In this document: piece by piece, positions 1 to 13,500 of the stretch
Numbering within the stretch: position 1 is the first letter of the stretch
How the letters are laid out: every line of letters starts with the position of its first letter
NCBI RefSeq assembly: GCF_030028105.1
Contig: NC_092374.1
Span: forward strand, 186,032,638 to 186,096,637
Source of the DNA: Mobula birostris
Lineage: Eukaryota
Direction: 5' to 3'
Length of the DNA: 64,000 nucleotides
Notes under the pieces: generated by a model
What the model was told of the DNA's origin: nothing
The model's database searches: none
The model's input: the letters and a program-made list of their open reading frames with translations, nothing else
Made by a program: the position numbers and the translations under genes

Positions 1-139
1 TCACCCACCCGTCGATCGGCCACAAGAAAGAAAATGCCGAAAACTGAAGGAGGTCGATATAATGTGCAGTCCAATGATGTAAATCTCACAACATCAAACA
101 GACCTTCCGTGACTCGGAACGCACGCCTGATCCATATGG

Positions 140-350
140 GGGCCTCCAATGGGAGCGACTGTTGACCCTCTGGCCTCCACTGGGAGTGATTGCTTACCCT
201 CTGGCCTCCACTGGGAGCAATCACTGACCCTCCGGCCTCCATTGGGTTTGATCCCTGACCAGGTCCCAACGCTGTTGTCCCAGCGGCCTCTGTCCAGAGC
301 AATCACTGACCAGGTCCTGGCACTGTTGTTCCAGTGGCCTCTGTCCATAG
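140..350. repeat. Imperfect tandem repeats (~30-nt units, then ~47-nt units)
   Basis: Recurring accctctggcctccactgggag (x3) and tgaccaggtcc...tgttgt..cagyggcctctgtcca (x2). Confidence 0.6.
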
Positions 351-1057
351 CACTTGCTTCAATCTTGCTCACCACTTCGAGATGGAGTCGTTCATAACCC
401 TACGTCCTGTCCTTGGTTCTCTTCATGAGTCAGCTTGTATTCTCGGTCCTTTTCGAGTTTTTGTCTCTGATGTCCACGAGGCAGCTCTCCCGACAAAGCA
501 CAGCACTGCATCCTTCGATTGAGATTCAAACTGTACACCACAGGCACCAACAGTCTCCCTAACACAACCAATACAAAAAGTACACAAGCAAACGTGAAAT
601 AATTTTAAAGATTTGCTATCTGAAAGATGTCACCCGAGGAATTGTTCGCTTTTCTGATTCCTTATCTCTTGGTCTCAGTTGTATGAGGTGATAGCATTCA
701 AGTCCTTTCTTGGCTGATTTTTAGCAGTAAGTTGCCATCATAAACAGCTGCATTATTATTGGAACATTTATCTAAACATTGGTTGGAGAAGAGCTAAATC
801 AGCTGTAATCCTTTTCCCTTTATTTTCAGGAACACAGTCCCTCTCTACCTAAACTTAATGGGACAGCCTGTTCTATATTTCATGTGCGGAGAATGATTAC
901 ACACTTCAAATATTTACTCAGCAAATGCTCTGACTCCCAGACAGTCATACAATCCCTATCTGAGTCCCCTTGTACAACCACACCCCACCCCTTCTCTTTG
1001 TATTTATTGGCCGCAATGGTCCCCTAGTATGATAAGTTGGACTCTTCAACTCACAAT

Positions 1058-1640
1058 CAGACAATAAGATATTGGAGCAGAATTAGGCTACTTGGCCCAT
1101 CGAGCAGCCAACTTAGACCTGTGGCCATGAATTCCACAGATTCACCACTCTCTGGCTAAAGAAATTCTTACTCATCTCTGTTCTAATTTGATGTCCCTCT
1201 ATTCTGAGGCTGTATCCTCTCGTCTTTGACTCCCCAACCATAGGACACATCCTCTCCAAATCTACTCTATCAAGGCTTTTCAACATTCGATAGGTTTCAA
1301 AGAACTCGCCCCTTACTCTTCTGAATTCCAGTGAGTAGAGGCCCAGAGCCATCAAATGCTCCTCGTATGATAAGCCTTTCAATTCCAGGATCATTTTTGA
1401 GAGTCACCTTTGAACCCTGTCCAATGTCAGCACACTTTCTTAGATAAGGAGGCCAAAACTGCCTGCTACACTCCAAGTGAGGCCTCAGCAGACCTTAAAA
1501 AGCTTTAACATTACATCCTTGATTTTATATTCTAATCCTCTTGAAATGCTAATATTGCATTTGCCTTCCTCACCACTGACACAACCTACAAATTAACTTT
1601 TCGGGAATCCTGCACGAGGACTCCCAAGTCCCGGCGAGGG
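1058..1640 (-). mobile_element. CR1-type LINE 3' fragment
   Basis: ORF 1113..1394: [12 protein letters not shown]...[12 protein letters not shown]. Confidence 0.85.
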
Positions 1641-2929
1641 GGAGAGGGGTCACAATCTTCCTCATTATAGCCTTGACACTTATTTTCTGCCTGCCCTGCA
1701 CTTTCTCTGAAGCTGTAACACTTTATTCTACATTCTGTTGCAGGTTTGCCTTCTGCTCCCTCTGTTGAAATGAAATGATCTGTATGGATGGCATATCACA
1801 CATTTTTATCCTTTCTCTGTGAGAGGCCTGAAACAATTTACCAATTAAATTACTAGTGCTGTGCTGAGCACAGTGTTGCAGAGGCCCCAGTCATCACACT
1901 GACCTGCTCCACCATCAGCCCATCCATACACAGGAAGTGCAGATGCCAGTCAACTGAGCTTTGGGACAATAGATCAGCTCATGGTGAAGTGGTGGAGCAG
2001 ACTCGATGGGCCGAATGGCCTACTTCTGCTCCTTTGTCTTGTGATCTTTGCCCATCGGAATCTCCGGTATTTGAGGCCTAAGGTACTTCCCTTAATCTTG
2101 GTTTGCTATTTTATATATCTACAGGGAGAAACTCTGACACAATGTAACCATGGAAACATTTGGCTTTCTGCCAAGTCTGACAATTTAACAAGCAGCACAG
2201 GGCTCCACTTCCAAAGAGTTCATGATTCAAAGTTCAAAGTAAATTTATTACCAATGAGCATATATGTCACCATATACAACCCTGAGATTCATTTTCTTGC
2301 GGGCATTTACAGTAGAACAATGAAATACGATAGAATCAATGAAAAGCTACACACAAAGGGCGTAAAGGACAATCTGTGTAAATACAAAATAATAACTGAA
2401 CAAATAAATAGACAGATAATATTGCTAACATGAATTGTAGTGTCCATGACAGGGAGTCGATAGGTTGTGGGTCAGAGGTATCCACACTAGTTCAGGAACC
2501 TGATGGTTGAGGGGTAACAACTCTTGCTGAACCTGGTGTAAAGCTCCTCTACCTCCTACCCAATGGCAGCAGCGAGAAGAGAGCGTGGCCTGGATGGTGA
2601 GCACCGACCGAGCTGGAGATCCAGGATTTTGTTGAATGAGGCAACTGGGACATGGAGGAAGGGAATTCCGTCCTGGTTCTTTTTTTCCAACAATACGACA
2701 GGCTCGATGGGACACCTCATTCATATTATGCGTACGTTCTGCACCAGTGGAAACTCCAGAGCATCATTTGTCTTCCAGACACCCATGTTTGCAGGGAACG
2801 TTGTCAGCTATAGGCCCCAGGCTCTGGGTTTTGGGAGTCCAGGCAACACTGAAGAGTGTTAGTGCAAGGCCTGCATCTATACTGTATTATGAGGTACAGC
2901 CAGATCCAAGTCTCAGGGAATGACCAGGC

Positions 2930-3372
2930 AGACAATAGACAATAGGTGCAGGAGTAGGCCATTCGGCCCTTCGAGCCAGCACCGCCATTCACTGTGATCA
3001 TGGCTGATCATCCAAAATCAATACCCCGTTCCTGCCTTTTCCCCATATGCCTTGATTCCGCTATCTTTAAGAGCTCTATCTAACTCTTTCTTGAAGGTAT
3101 CCAGAGAATTGGCCTCCTCCACTGCCTTCTGAGGCAAAGCATTCCACAGATCCACAACCCTCTGTGTGAAAAAGTTTTTCCTCAACTCCATTCTAAATGG
3201 TCTACCCCTTATTCTTAAACTGTGGCCTCTGGTTCTGGACTCCCCCAACATCGGGAACATGTTTCCCACCTCTAGCGTGTCAATCCCTTAATAATCTTAT
3301 ATGTTTCAATCAGATCCCTCTCATCCTTCTAAATTCCAGTGTATACAAGCCCAGTCGCTCCAATCTTCCAAC
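2930..3372 (-). mobile_element. CR1-type LINE 3' end
   Basis: ORF 3018..3269 ([19 protein letters not shown]) plus the 3' tail cctactcctgcacctattgtctattgtc. Confidence 0.9.
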
Positions 3373-4082
3373 GATAGGGAAACATTGACAAGGGGACAGA
3401 CAGATGTTGCCTCCCTGGTGCCAGGGTCAAGGATATCATGAATTGCTTAAAGAACCTTCTGGAGGGAGGGAGTCAGGGGCAGCGGCCTCTGATAGTGGTC
3501 CATATTGTAATAGCCAAAGATAGGGATGAAATACCACAGGTATCTCATGCAGCCTGACTGGTTTCATTGCATCCTGGTATGGAAACACCAATGGCCAGGA
3601 ATGGAAAAGCCTATTAAAAAGTTGTTGATATGGGTCAGTCAGTCACAGGAAAAGCCCTATCCACTTTTGAGCACATCTACATGGAGTGCTGTCACAGGAA
3701 AGCATCAAAACTCCAAACCACCCAGACCATGCTTTCCTCTTGCTATTACCATAGGGCAAGAGGTACAGGAGCTTTAAATCCTATGCCACCAGGTTTAGGA
3801 ACAATTATTACCAATCAGCCATCGGCTCAGATAAATCCACTCACCTCAACACTGAACTGATTTCACAAACTATGGGCACAATCTCAAAGACTCTACAGTT
3901 CATGTTCTCAATTTTATTTATGATTTGCATTTGCACAGTTTGTCTTCATTTGCACATTGGCTGTTTGACCATCTTTGTTTCTGTATAGTCTTTCATTGAT
4001 TTTATCGTATTTCTTTGTATCTACTGTGAATACCCACAAGAAATTGAATCTCAGGGTTATGTATGGTGACATTTACATTTAT

Positions 4083-5713
4083 GAGCTGAAGGAAATTTAT
4101 ATTAGGCAGGAAATGGTGTTGGATAGACTGTTGGGTCTGAAGGCTGATAAGTCCCCGGGACCTGATGGTCTGCATCCCAGGGTACTTAAGGAGGTGGCTT
4201 TAGAAATCGTGGACGCATTGGTAATCATTTTCCAATGTTCTATAGATTCAGGATCAGTTCCTGTGGATTGGAGGGTGGCTAATGTTATCCCACTTTTCAA
4301 GAAAGGAGGGAGAGAGAAAACAGGGAATTATAGACCGGTTAGCCTGATGTCAGTGGTGGGAAAGATGCTGGAATCAATTATAAACGATGAAATAACGACA
4401 CATTTGGATAGCAGTAACAGGATAGGTCCCAGTCAGCATAGATTTATGAAGGGGAAATCGTACTTGACTAATCCTCTGGAATTTTTTGAGGATGTAACTA
4501 GGATGTAATGGAGAAGGGAGAGCCAGTGGATGTCGTGTACCTGGACTTTCAGAAAGCCTTTGATAAAGTCCCACATAGGAGATTAGTGGGCAAAATTAGG
4601 GCACATGGTATCGGGGGCAGAGTACTGAAATGGATTGAAAATTGGCTGGCTGACAGGAAACAAAGAGTAGCGATTAACAGGTCCCTTTCAGAATGGCAGG
4701 TGGTGACCAGTGGGGTACTGCAGGGTTCAGTGCTGGGACCGCAGCTGTTTACAATATGTATTAATGATTTAGATGAAGGGATTAAAAGTAACATTAGCAA
4801 ATTTGCAGATGACACAAAGCTGGGTGGCAGTGTGAAATGTGAGGAGGATATTATGAGAATGCAGGGTGACTTGGACGGGCTGGGTGCGTGGGCGGATGCA
4901 TGGGAGATGCAGTTTGATGTGGATAAATGTGAGGTTGTCCACTTTGGTGGTAAGAACGGGAAGGCAGATTATTATCTATATGGAGTCAATTTAGGAAAAG
5001 GGGAAGTACAACGAGATCTAGGTGTTCTTGTACATCAGTCACTTAAAGCAAGCAAGTAAGTACAGCAAGTAGTGAAGAAAACTAATGGCATGCTGGCCTT
5101 CATAACAAGGGGAATTGAGTATAAGAGCAAAGAGGTCCTTCTGCAGCTGTACAGGGCCCTGGTGAGACCACACCTGGAGTATTGTGCGCAGTTTTGGTCT
5201 CCAAATTCGAGGAAGGACATTCTTGCTATTGAGGGAGTGCAGCTTAGGTTCACAAGGTTAATTCTCGGGATGGCGAGACTGTCATATGTTGAAAGATTGG
5301 AGTGACTGGGCTTGTATACACTGGAATTTAGAAGGCTGAGAGGGGATCTGATTGAAACATATAAGATTATTAAGGGATTGGACACGCTGGAGGCAGGAAG
5401 CATGTTCCCACTGATGGGTGAGTCCAGAACCAGAGGTCACAGTTTAAGAATTAGGGGTAGGCCATTTAGAGCAGAGTTGAGGAAAAACTTTTTCACCCAG
5501 AGAGTGGTGGATATGTGGAATGCTCTGCTCCAGAAGGCTGTGGAGGCCAATTCTCTGGATTCTTTTAAGAAAGAGTTAGATAGAGCTCTTAAAGATAGCG
5601 GAGTCAAGGCATATGGGGAAAAGGCAGGAACTGGATACTAATTGTGAATGATCACAGTGAATGGCGGTGCTGGCTCGAAGGGCTGAATGGCCTACTCCTG
5701 CCCCTATTGTCTA
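4083..5713 (+). mobile_element. 5'-truncated CR1 LINE, RT domain with stops/frameshifts
   Basis: [44 protein letters not shown]; 3' tail at ~5690-5713. Confidence 0.95.
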
Positions 5714-5899
5714 CTTACACTATAAATTTACTTTGAACTTTATGTTGAGAAGGGAGGGTGATGAGTATGAGACAGGATCCTAACAACAGCAATGTCCAAT
5801 TCCTCCCACTGCCGGCTCCGGTGAGAGGAGCTTGGGAAATGTTGTAGGGTGGGGGTGGGTGGATTCCTGGGGCACTGGGACCGATTCTGGGAAAAATAG

Positions 5900-6525
5900 A
5901 ACCCACACATCCCGGATGGATTGCACCTCATTACCTGGACGTCTTCACACGGACGTAGGAGAGGACCTACCCTCCGTCCGCCAGAAGAAGCAGGAATGCC
6001 TATTGGCATCCATTTTAATTCCACTTTGCATTCCCATTCCGATATGTCAAGCCATGGCTTCCTCTACTGTACGATGAGGCCACACTCAGGTGGAGGATCA
6101 ACATCTTATATTCCGTCTGGGTAGCCTCCAACCTGATGGCATGAACATCAATTTCTTGAACTTCTAGTAATGTCCCATACCTTCCTCACCATTCCCCATC
6201 CCCCTTACCCTCTCTCACCTTATCTCCTTGCCTGCCCATCTCTGGTGCTCTTTCCCCCCCCCCCCTTTTCTTTCATCCATCTGTCCTTCTGTCTTCTATC
6301 TGATTCCCCCTTCTCTTTCACTCATCAACCTCCCAGCTCCTTAGTTCAACTCCCCCCCCGTTTCATCTGTCATTTTGTTTCTCTCTCCCCTCCCCCACCT
6401 TTCAAATCTACTCCTCTTTTTCTTTCTCTCCAGTCCTGCCAAAGGGTCTCGCACGAAACGTCGGCTGTACTTTTTTCCACAGCTGATGCCTGGCCTGCGG
6501 ACTTCCTCCGGCATTCTGTGTGTGT
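5900..6525 (+). mobile_element. Penelope-like element 3' fragment with terminal repeat
   Basis: Same GIY-YIG-end and pyrimidine-rich 3' sequence as 9165-11705; degenerate hammerhead motif at ~6432-6467. Confidence 0.8.
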
Positions 6526-6769
6526 CGCGGGGATTTCACTTCGCTCGGTAGAGAATAGGACGAACTGAGCGTAAATTCGGAATTGTGGAGGGGTCAATCA
6601 GGGAAGGAATTTGCTTCACAAATGCAGACCGATGCAACTATCAGGAGCTGCTGGAAAATGATCAGCTGGATGAAAGTAGTACTCTGGTTTGCGTGGGATA
6701 CCAGTACAGATCTGTATTAGTCAATAAAGTATGACTGATACTGTTCTGTTGGAGGGTAGAAGTGAACAC

Positions 6770-7540
6770 AGCCGGCAGAGAGACCGCCGCTGAAAAGGGC
6801 GCCAAACTATCTTCACAAGCAGGGGGAAACCCGCTGGTGGGAAGGGTGTGAATATGCACCCCCGGGGAGGCGAGAACGGGAAGGGTTTAAAGCAGGCTGC
6901 GTGGAGTACTGTTCTGTCTCGGGTGTAAGTGAACGCATCCGTATACGTCACAGCCCCGCCCCCCCCCGCCCAGGGCCGCATACCAAGGGAGTGCTTTCAT
7001 GAGTATTATCATTTTAGATGAGTTTGGTTGCTTGTCAGCGGGGTTTCAGTTTTGTATCTGTTTATTTTGGTTAACAGCTGGTTTCTGGCCCCGCGGTGTG
7101 AGAAGAGTTCGAGGTCCCCGGGCTTTGAAGGGTCCCTGACTTCACTTTAGGTTTGGGGCAGCAGCGGTCCCGGAGTTTAATCGGCTGCCGGAGATGTGGA
7201 CGATCGCTTGCCTTTTGCTGCTGTCCCTGCATGGAGTGTGCAATAACGAAGGTAAGGAGCCTCCATGTCGGCTTTGCAAACGCATGGTCACGTTGAATTG
7301 CATCCGGTCGGCGGCATGACTTTTAAATCCGCCTCACGTTTTCCGCGTGGGATTTCAGCCGGGTGTGTTCATCCCCGACAAATAAGTTCCAAGGGCCCCG
7401 ATTTCAGACTTTCTGTGTGTAACTTCCCTGATAGTTACGTGAGAGGTCTGCTTGTATCTTGTTCAGTGAATCTCGGGGAAAGTTGTCTCGTCTTTCCAGC
7501 GTGTTTGTAAACAGCGAGGAGAAAGCGTCTGACTTCGGAC
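6770..7540 (+). promoter_or_regulatory. CpG-rich promoter/5' region of the Ig-5TM gene
   Basis: Visibly CpG-dense against an AT-rich background, with GC boxes (ccccgccc near 6955-6972). Possible non-coding exon donor gtaagt at 6925 and acceptor ttcactttag at 7150. Confidence 0.55.
7194..7251 (+). CDS. Coding exon 1, signal peptide [19 protein letters not shown]
   Basis: ATG at 7194 in gagATGt, hydrophobic core, donor GAAG|gtaagg, phase 1; lies in a CpG-rich region. Confidence 0.8.
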
Positions 7541-10500
7541 AGAGAGTAATCGGTGGAATGTGCCAATAAGTGGTGGATGAGATTTAATATAGAATAGATA
7601 ACGAGGAAAGAGAACAAAATTTTTTGAGGGCGTTAAATATAGAACATAGAATAGTACAGCACAGTACAGGCCCTTCGGCCCACACTGTTGTGCCGACCCT
7701 CAAACCCTGCCTCCCATATAAGCCCCCACGTTAGATTCCTCAATATACCTGTCTAGTAGTCTCTTAAACTTTACTAGTGTATCTGCCTCCACCACTGACT
7801 CAGGCAGTGCATTCCACGCACCAACCACACTCTGAGTAAAAAACCTTCCTCTAATAGCCCCCTTGAACTTCCCACCCCTTACCTTAAAGCCATGTCCTCT
7901 TGTATTGAGCAGTGGTGCCCTGGGGAAGAGGTGCTGGCTATCCACTCTATCTATTCCTCTTATTATCTTGGACACCTCTATCATGTCTCCTCTCATCCTC
8001 CTTCTCTCCAAAGAATAAAGCCCTAGCTCCCTTAACCTCTGATCATAATGCATATATTAATGACTTAGATGAGGGAATTAAATGCAGCATCTCCAAGTTT
8101 GTAGATGACACGAAGCTGGGCGGCAGTGTTAGTTGTGAGGAGGATGCTAAGAGGATGCAGGGTGACTTGGATAGGTTAGGTGAGTGGGCAAATTCATGGC
8201 AGATGCAATTTAATGTGGATAAATGTGGCAAAAACAGGAAAGCAGATTATTATCTGAATGGTGGCCGATTAGGAAAAGGGGAGGTGCAACGAGACCTGGG
8301 TGTCATTATACACCAGTCATTGAAAGTGGGCATGCAGGTACAGCAGGCAGTGAAAAAGGCAAATGGTATGCTGGCATTCATAGCAAGAGGATTCGAGTAC
8401 AGGAGCAGGGAGGTACTACTGCAGTTGTACAAGGCCTTGGTGAGACCACACCTGGAGTACTGTGTGCAATTTTGGTCCCCTAATCTGAGGAAAGACATTC
8501 TTGCCATAGAGGGAGTACAAAGAAGGTTCACCAGATTGATTCCTGGGATGGCAGGGCTTTCATATGATATAAGACTGTATCGACCAGGCTTATACTGTCT
8601 GGAATTTAGAAGATTGAGGGAGGGGATCTTATTGAAACATATAAAATGCTAAAGGGATTGGACAGGCTAGATGCAGGAAGATTGTTCCCGATGTTGGGGA
8701 AGTCCAGAATGAGGCATCACAGTTTGAGGATAAAGGGGAAGCCTTTTAGGACCGAGATTAGGAAAGACTTCTTCACACAGAGAGTGGTGAATCTGTGGAA
8801 TTCTTTGCCACAGGAAACAGTTGAGGTCAGTTCATTGGCTATATTTAAGAGGGAGTTAGATATGACCCTTGTGGCTAAAGGGATCGGGGGTATGGAGAGA
8901 AGGCTGGTACAGGGTTCTGAATTGGATGATCAGCCATGATCACACTGAATGGCGGTGCAGGCTCGAAGGGCTGAATGGCCTATTCCTGCACCTATTTTCT
9001 ATGTTTTCTATGTTTCTATTACACAGCTGATTGGTGTTGAAAGGTGATTGCATAGCAGATTGGATTGAAGGGTGGACATTGCCATTGTATAGAAGCACAG
9101 CTTTCAGGCTGAGCACTGAAGAATAAACAGCAAAGGCTCAATTGGGTTGTTTGGTTTTGGGTCTGCGGAGACTCCATCTTCCTCTCACCCCACTATTTCT
9201 GAACACCCTAAACCGCCCTTTTCCTCAGACATTTCCACCCCCCCAAACCGATCCCAGCTCTCATCCATCCTGGGCCTTCCCCGTTCCCTCTGATCTTCTC
9301 CTATCTGAGGCAGAACGTTCTGTACCCAGTAAGGGCCTCGCATTTGTCCCCCTGTAACCACACCTCAGTGAGTTCCACACCTACCATGACGCTGAATTCT
9401 TCTGCTGCCTTCGTTTCCCAGCCTATTTCTTTGATAAGGACGCTCCATCCCGCACCAGTGTCACCTTCTCCCATCTTCAACCCTCCTCCTCTTCCTGGAA
9501 TTCTGCTTGCCAATTGCCGACGGAACATTAACCATCTGGACTTTAACACTCTGCACTCCAATTCCAAACTCACTCCTTCTGAATCCTTTGCTCTCCACTC
9601 CCTCCACACTAATCCTAACCTCACCATCAAACCCGCAGATAGGGGGCTGCTGTAGTTGTCTGGAGAACTGGCCTTTACCTTGCTGAGGCCCAGTGACATC
9701 TCTCAGACACCTCCTCTTACTTACCCCTCAATCAGGATCCCACTAAGGAAAACCAGGCACTATCTCCCACACCATCACCAACCTTATTGACTCTGGGGAT
9801 CTTCCATCCACCATCACCAAACCCATAGTGGCTGCACCCCACACCTCCCACTTCTACCTCCTACCCAAGATCCACAAACCTGCTTGTCCAGGTAGACCCA
9901 TTGTTTCAGCTTGTTCCTGCCCCACTGAACTCATATGGGCAGACCTCCACTCTGTCTTATCCCCCCTAGTTCAGTCCCTTCTTACCTACATCTGTGACAC
10001 TTCACACGCTCTGGATCTTTTCAATGATTTCAGGTTCCCTGACCCCCATCATCTTATCTTTACTATGGATGTCCAGTCCCTATACACCTCCCTCTCCCAC
10101 CAGGAAGGCCTCAATTCTGTTCGTTTCTTTGTGCACACCAGATGCAACCCTTACACCACCACTCTCCTCCACCTAGTGGAACTTATCCTCATTCTAAACA
10201 ATTTCTCCTTTGGCTCCCCCACTTCCTTCAAACAAAAGGCGTAGCCATGGGGACTCGCATGGGTTCCAGCTATGCCTACCTTTTTGTCAGCTACATGGAA
10301 CAGTCTATTTTCCAAGCCTACATTGGTCACCACCCCACACTTTTCCTATGCTACATCGACAAGTGCATTGGTGCTGCTCCCTGCACCTGTGCTGAACTCG
10401 TCGACTTCATCCACTCTGCCATCAATTTCCACCCTGCCCTCAACCATTTCTGACATCTCCCTCCCCTTTCTCGATCTCTCTGTCTCCATCTCTGGAGACA

Positions 10501-13500
10501 GCTTATCTACTGAAGTCTGTTACAAACCCACAGCTAGCTGGACTATACCTCATCCCACCCTGTTACTTGTAAAAATGCCAACTCTTCTGTCAATTCCTCC
10601 ATCTCCTCCGCATCTGCTCTCAGGATGAGACTTTTCATTCCAGAATGAAAGAGATGTCCTCCTTCTTCAAAGAAAGGGGCATCCCTTCCTCCACCATCAA
10701 CAGTGCCCTCAACTGTATCTCTTCTATTTCACCCACGTCTGCACTCATCCCAATCTCCTGCCACCCTACAAGGGATAGGGTTCTTCTTGTCCTCAGCTAC
10801 CACACCACCAGCCTCCACATCCAGCACGTAATTCTTGAAACTTCCACCATCTCCAATGAGATCCCACCACCAAACGTATCTTTCCTCTCCTCCGCCCGCC
10901 CGACCAATTTCTGCTTTCAGCAGGGATTATTCCCTATGTGACTCCCTTGTACATTTATCCCTCCCCACTGATCTTCCTCCTGGCACTTACCCTTGCAAGC
11001 GGAACAAGTGCTACACCTGCCCCTACACCTCCTCCCTCACTACCATTCAGGGCCCCAAACAGTCCTTCCAGTTGAGGCGACACTTCACCTGTGAGTCTGT
11101 TGGGGTTATATACTGTGTCCAGTGCTCCCGATGTGGCTTCCTGTATATTGGTGAGACCTGACGTAGATTGGGAGACCGCTTCACCGAGCATCTACGGTCC
11201 ATCTACCAGAAAAAGTGGGCTGACCCATTGGCCACCCATTTTAATTCCACTTCCCATCACATTCCAACATGTCTATCCATGGCTCGCTCCACTGTCGTGA
11301 TGAGACCACACTCAGGTTGGAGGAACAACACATTATATTCTGTCTGGGTAGCCTCCAACCTGATGGCATGAACATTGATTTCTTGAACTTCTGGTAATGC
11401 CACACACCCCCTCCCCCCTTCACTATTCCCCCTCCCCTTTTCCCTCTCTCACCTTATCTCCTTGCCTGCCCATTGCCTCCCTCTGGTGCTCCTCCACCCT
11501 TTACTTTCTTCCCTGGCCATCTGTCCTCTTCTGTCAGACTCCCTCCTTCTCCACCCCTGTATGTCTTTCACCAATCAACTTCCCAGTTCTTTACCTCATC
11601 CTATCACCTCGTGTTTCTCTCTCCTCTCCCCTCCACCCACCTTTTAAATCCACTCCTCAGCTTTTTTTCTCCAGTCCTGACAGAGGGTCTCAGCCTGAAA
11701 TGTGGCCTGTCTGATGACACAAAGGTTGGGGGTGTTGTGTGGAGGGTTGTCAGAAGTTACAGCGGGACATCGATAGGATGCAGAGCTGGGCTGAGAAGTG
11801 GCAGATGGAGTTCAACCCAGATAAGCGTGAAGTGGTTCATTTTGGTAGGTCAAATTTGAAAGCAGAACACGGTATAAATGGCAAGGCTCTTGGCAGTGTG
11901 GAAGATCCGAGATATCTTGGGGTCTGTGTCCATAGGACACTCAAAGCAGGTTGACAGTGTTGTTAAGAAGGCATATAGTGTGTTGGCGTGGGATTGAGTT
12001 CAAGAGCTGTGAGGTAATGTTACAGCTATATAAGACTTGGTGAGACCCCTCTTGGAGTACTGTGTTCAGTTCTGGTCACCTCACTACAGGAAGGATGTGG
12101 GTACTATAGAGAGAGTACAGAGGAAATTTACAAGGATGTTGCCTGGATTGGAGGGTGTATCTTATGGGAATAGGTTAAGTGGACTTAGCCTTTTCTCCTT
12201 GGAGCGATGTAGAATGAGAGGTGACCTGATAGAGGTGTATAAGATGATGAGAGGCATTGATCGTGTGGATAGCCAGGGTTTTTTCCCCCAGGGCTGAAAT
12301 GGCTAACACAAGGGGGCATAGTTTTAAGGTGTTTGGAAGTAGGTACCGAGGGGATGCCAGGGGTATGTTTTTCACACAGAGGGTGGTGGGTGTGTGGAAT
12401 GCATTGCCGGCGGTGGTGGAAGCGGATACAGTAGGGTCTTTTAAGAGCCTCTTAGATGGATACATGGAGCTTAGAAAAATAGAGGGCTATGCACTAGGGA
12501 AATTCTAGGCAGTTTCTAGAGTAGGTTACATGGCCAGCACAACATTATGGGCCGAAGTGCCTGTAATGTACTGTAGATTTCTATGTTCTATGTTCTGTGT
12601 TCCACTTTTTGCTGTAGATGCTGCCTGTTCTGCTGAGTTCCTGTAGCATTTTTTGTGTGTTGCTTGGATTTCGAACATCTGCGGATTTTCTCTTGCTTTC
12701 CATTGTTGTGGGTCATGTTGGCAACCCAATGTATGCCCATGCTTGGGCAAGATAGAAAACTTTTTAACTTACATTGTGGGCAACATTTTAAATGACTTGA
12801 ATTATAAATTGAAATATCATCTATAGATGATTCCAAAATATGGTACATCATAGGGAAATCTCAAGGTGATTTTCATGATCACTAGCCCAGAATCCACAAG
12901 ATAAACCCAACCATATTCGGGAAGCATAATCTTTGTTGTCCAGTGTAATCATTCGATCACGATGCTGCATGATGGTATCTCCAAACAAGACACAGTCCAT
13001 CACAATGCATTTCAAATCATAGTCAGAGACTTCAACCTGACTTTTTTGAAGATAACCCTGCCCAATTACCACCTACATATAACCTGTAGCACCAGAGGTC
13101 CCAACACATCAAAGCACTGTTATACTCGGATAAGGAATGTTCCATGCCCAGACCACATCTCGGTAAATTCGATCGCTTGACTGTCATTCTGCCTGCATTG
13201 AGGCAGAGTCTAAAGAGCAAAGCTCCAGAGATTAGGACAACAAAGCAGCGGTTGCAGGAGACAGAGCAGCGGCTAAGGGATTGCTTTGAGTCATTAGACT
13301 AGGTTGTGTTTGAGGACTTAAAGAAACATAGAAAACCTACAGCACAATACAGGCCATTCGACCCACAAAACTGCCGAACATGTTCTTACCTTAGAAATTA
13401 CCTAGGGTTACCCATCACCCTCTATTTTTCTGAGCTGCATGTACCTGTCACTCATCTGGGCATCTGAATGAATACACCATGAAATGGACTTAAAACAGCT

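Noticed and set aside
831-1030. Strong acceptor (ccttttccctttattttcag) suggesting an exon of an upstream gene
   Set aside because: No recognisable peptide in any phase and no clear donor.
1981-2433. 150-aa ORF with a hydrophobic N-terminus
   Set aside because: It is a chance read-through of a CR1 3' tail plus another common repeat; the same LNGPNGLLL peptide recurs at 18536 and 60421.
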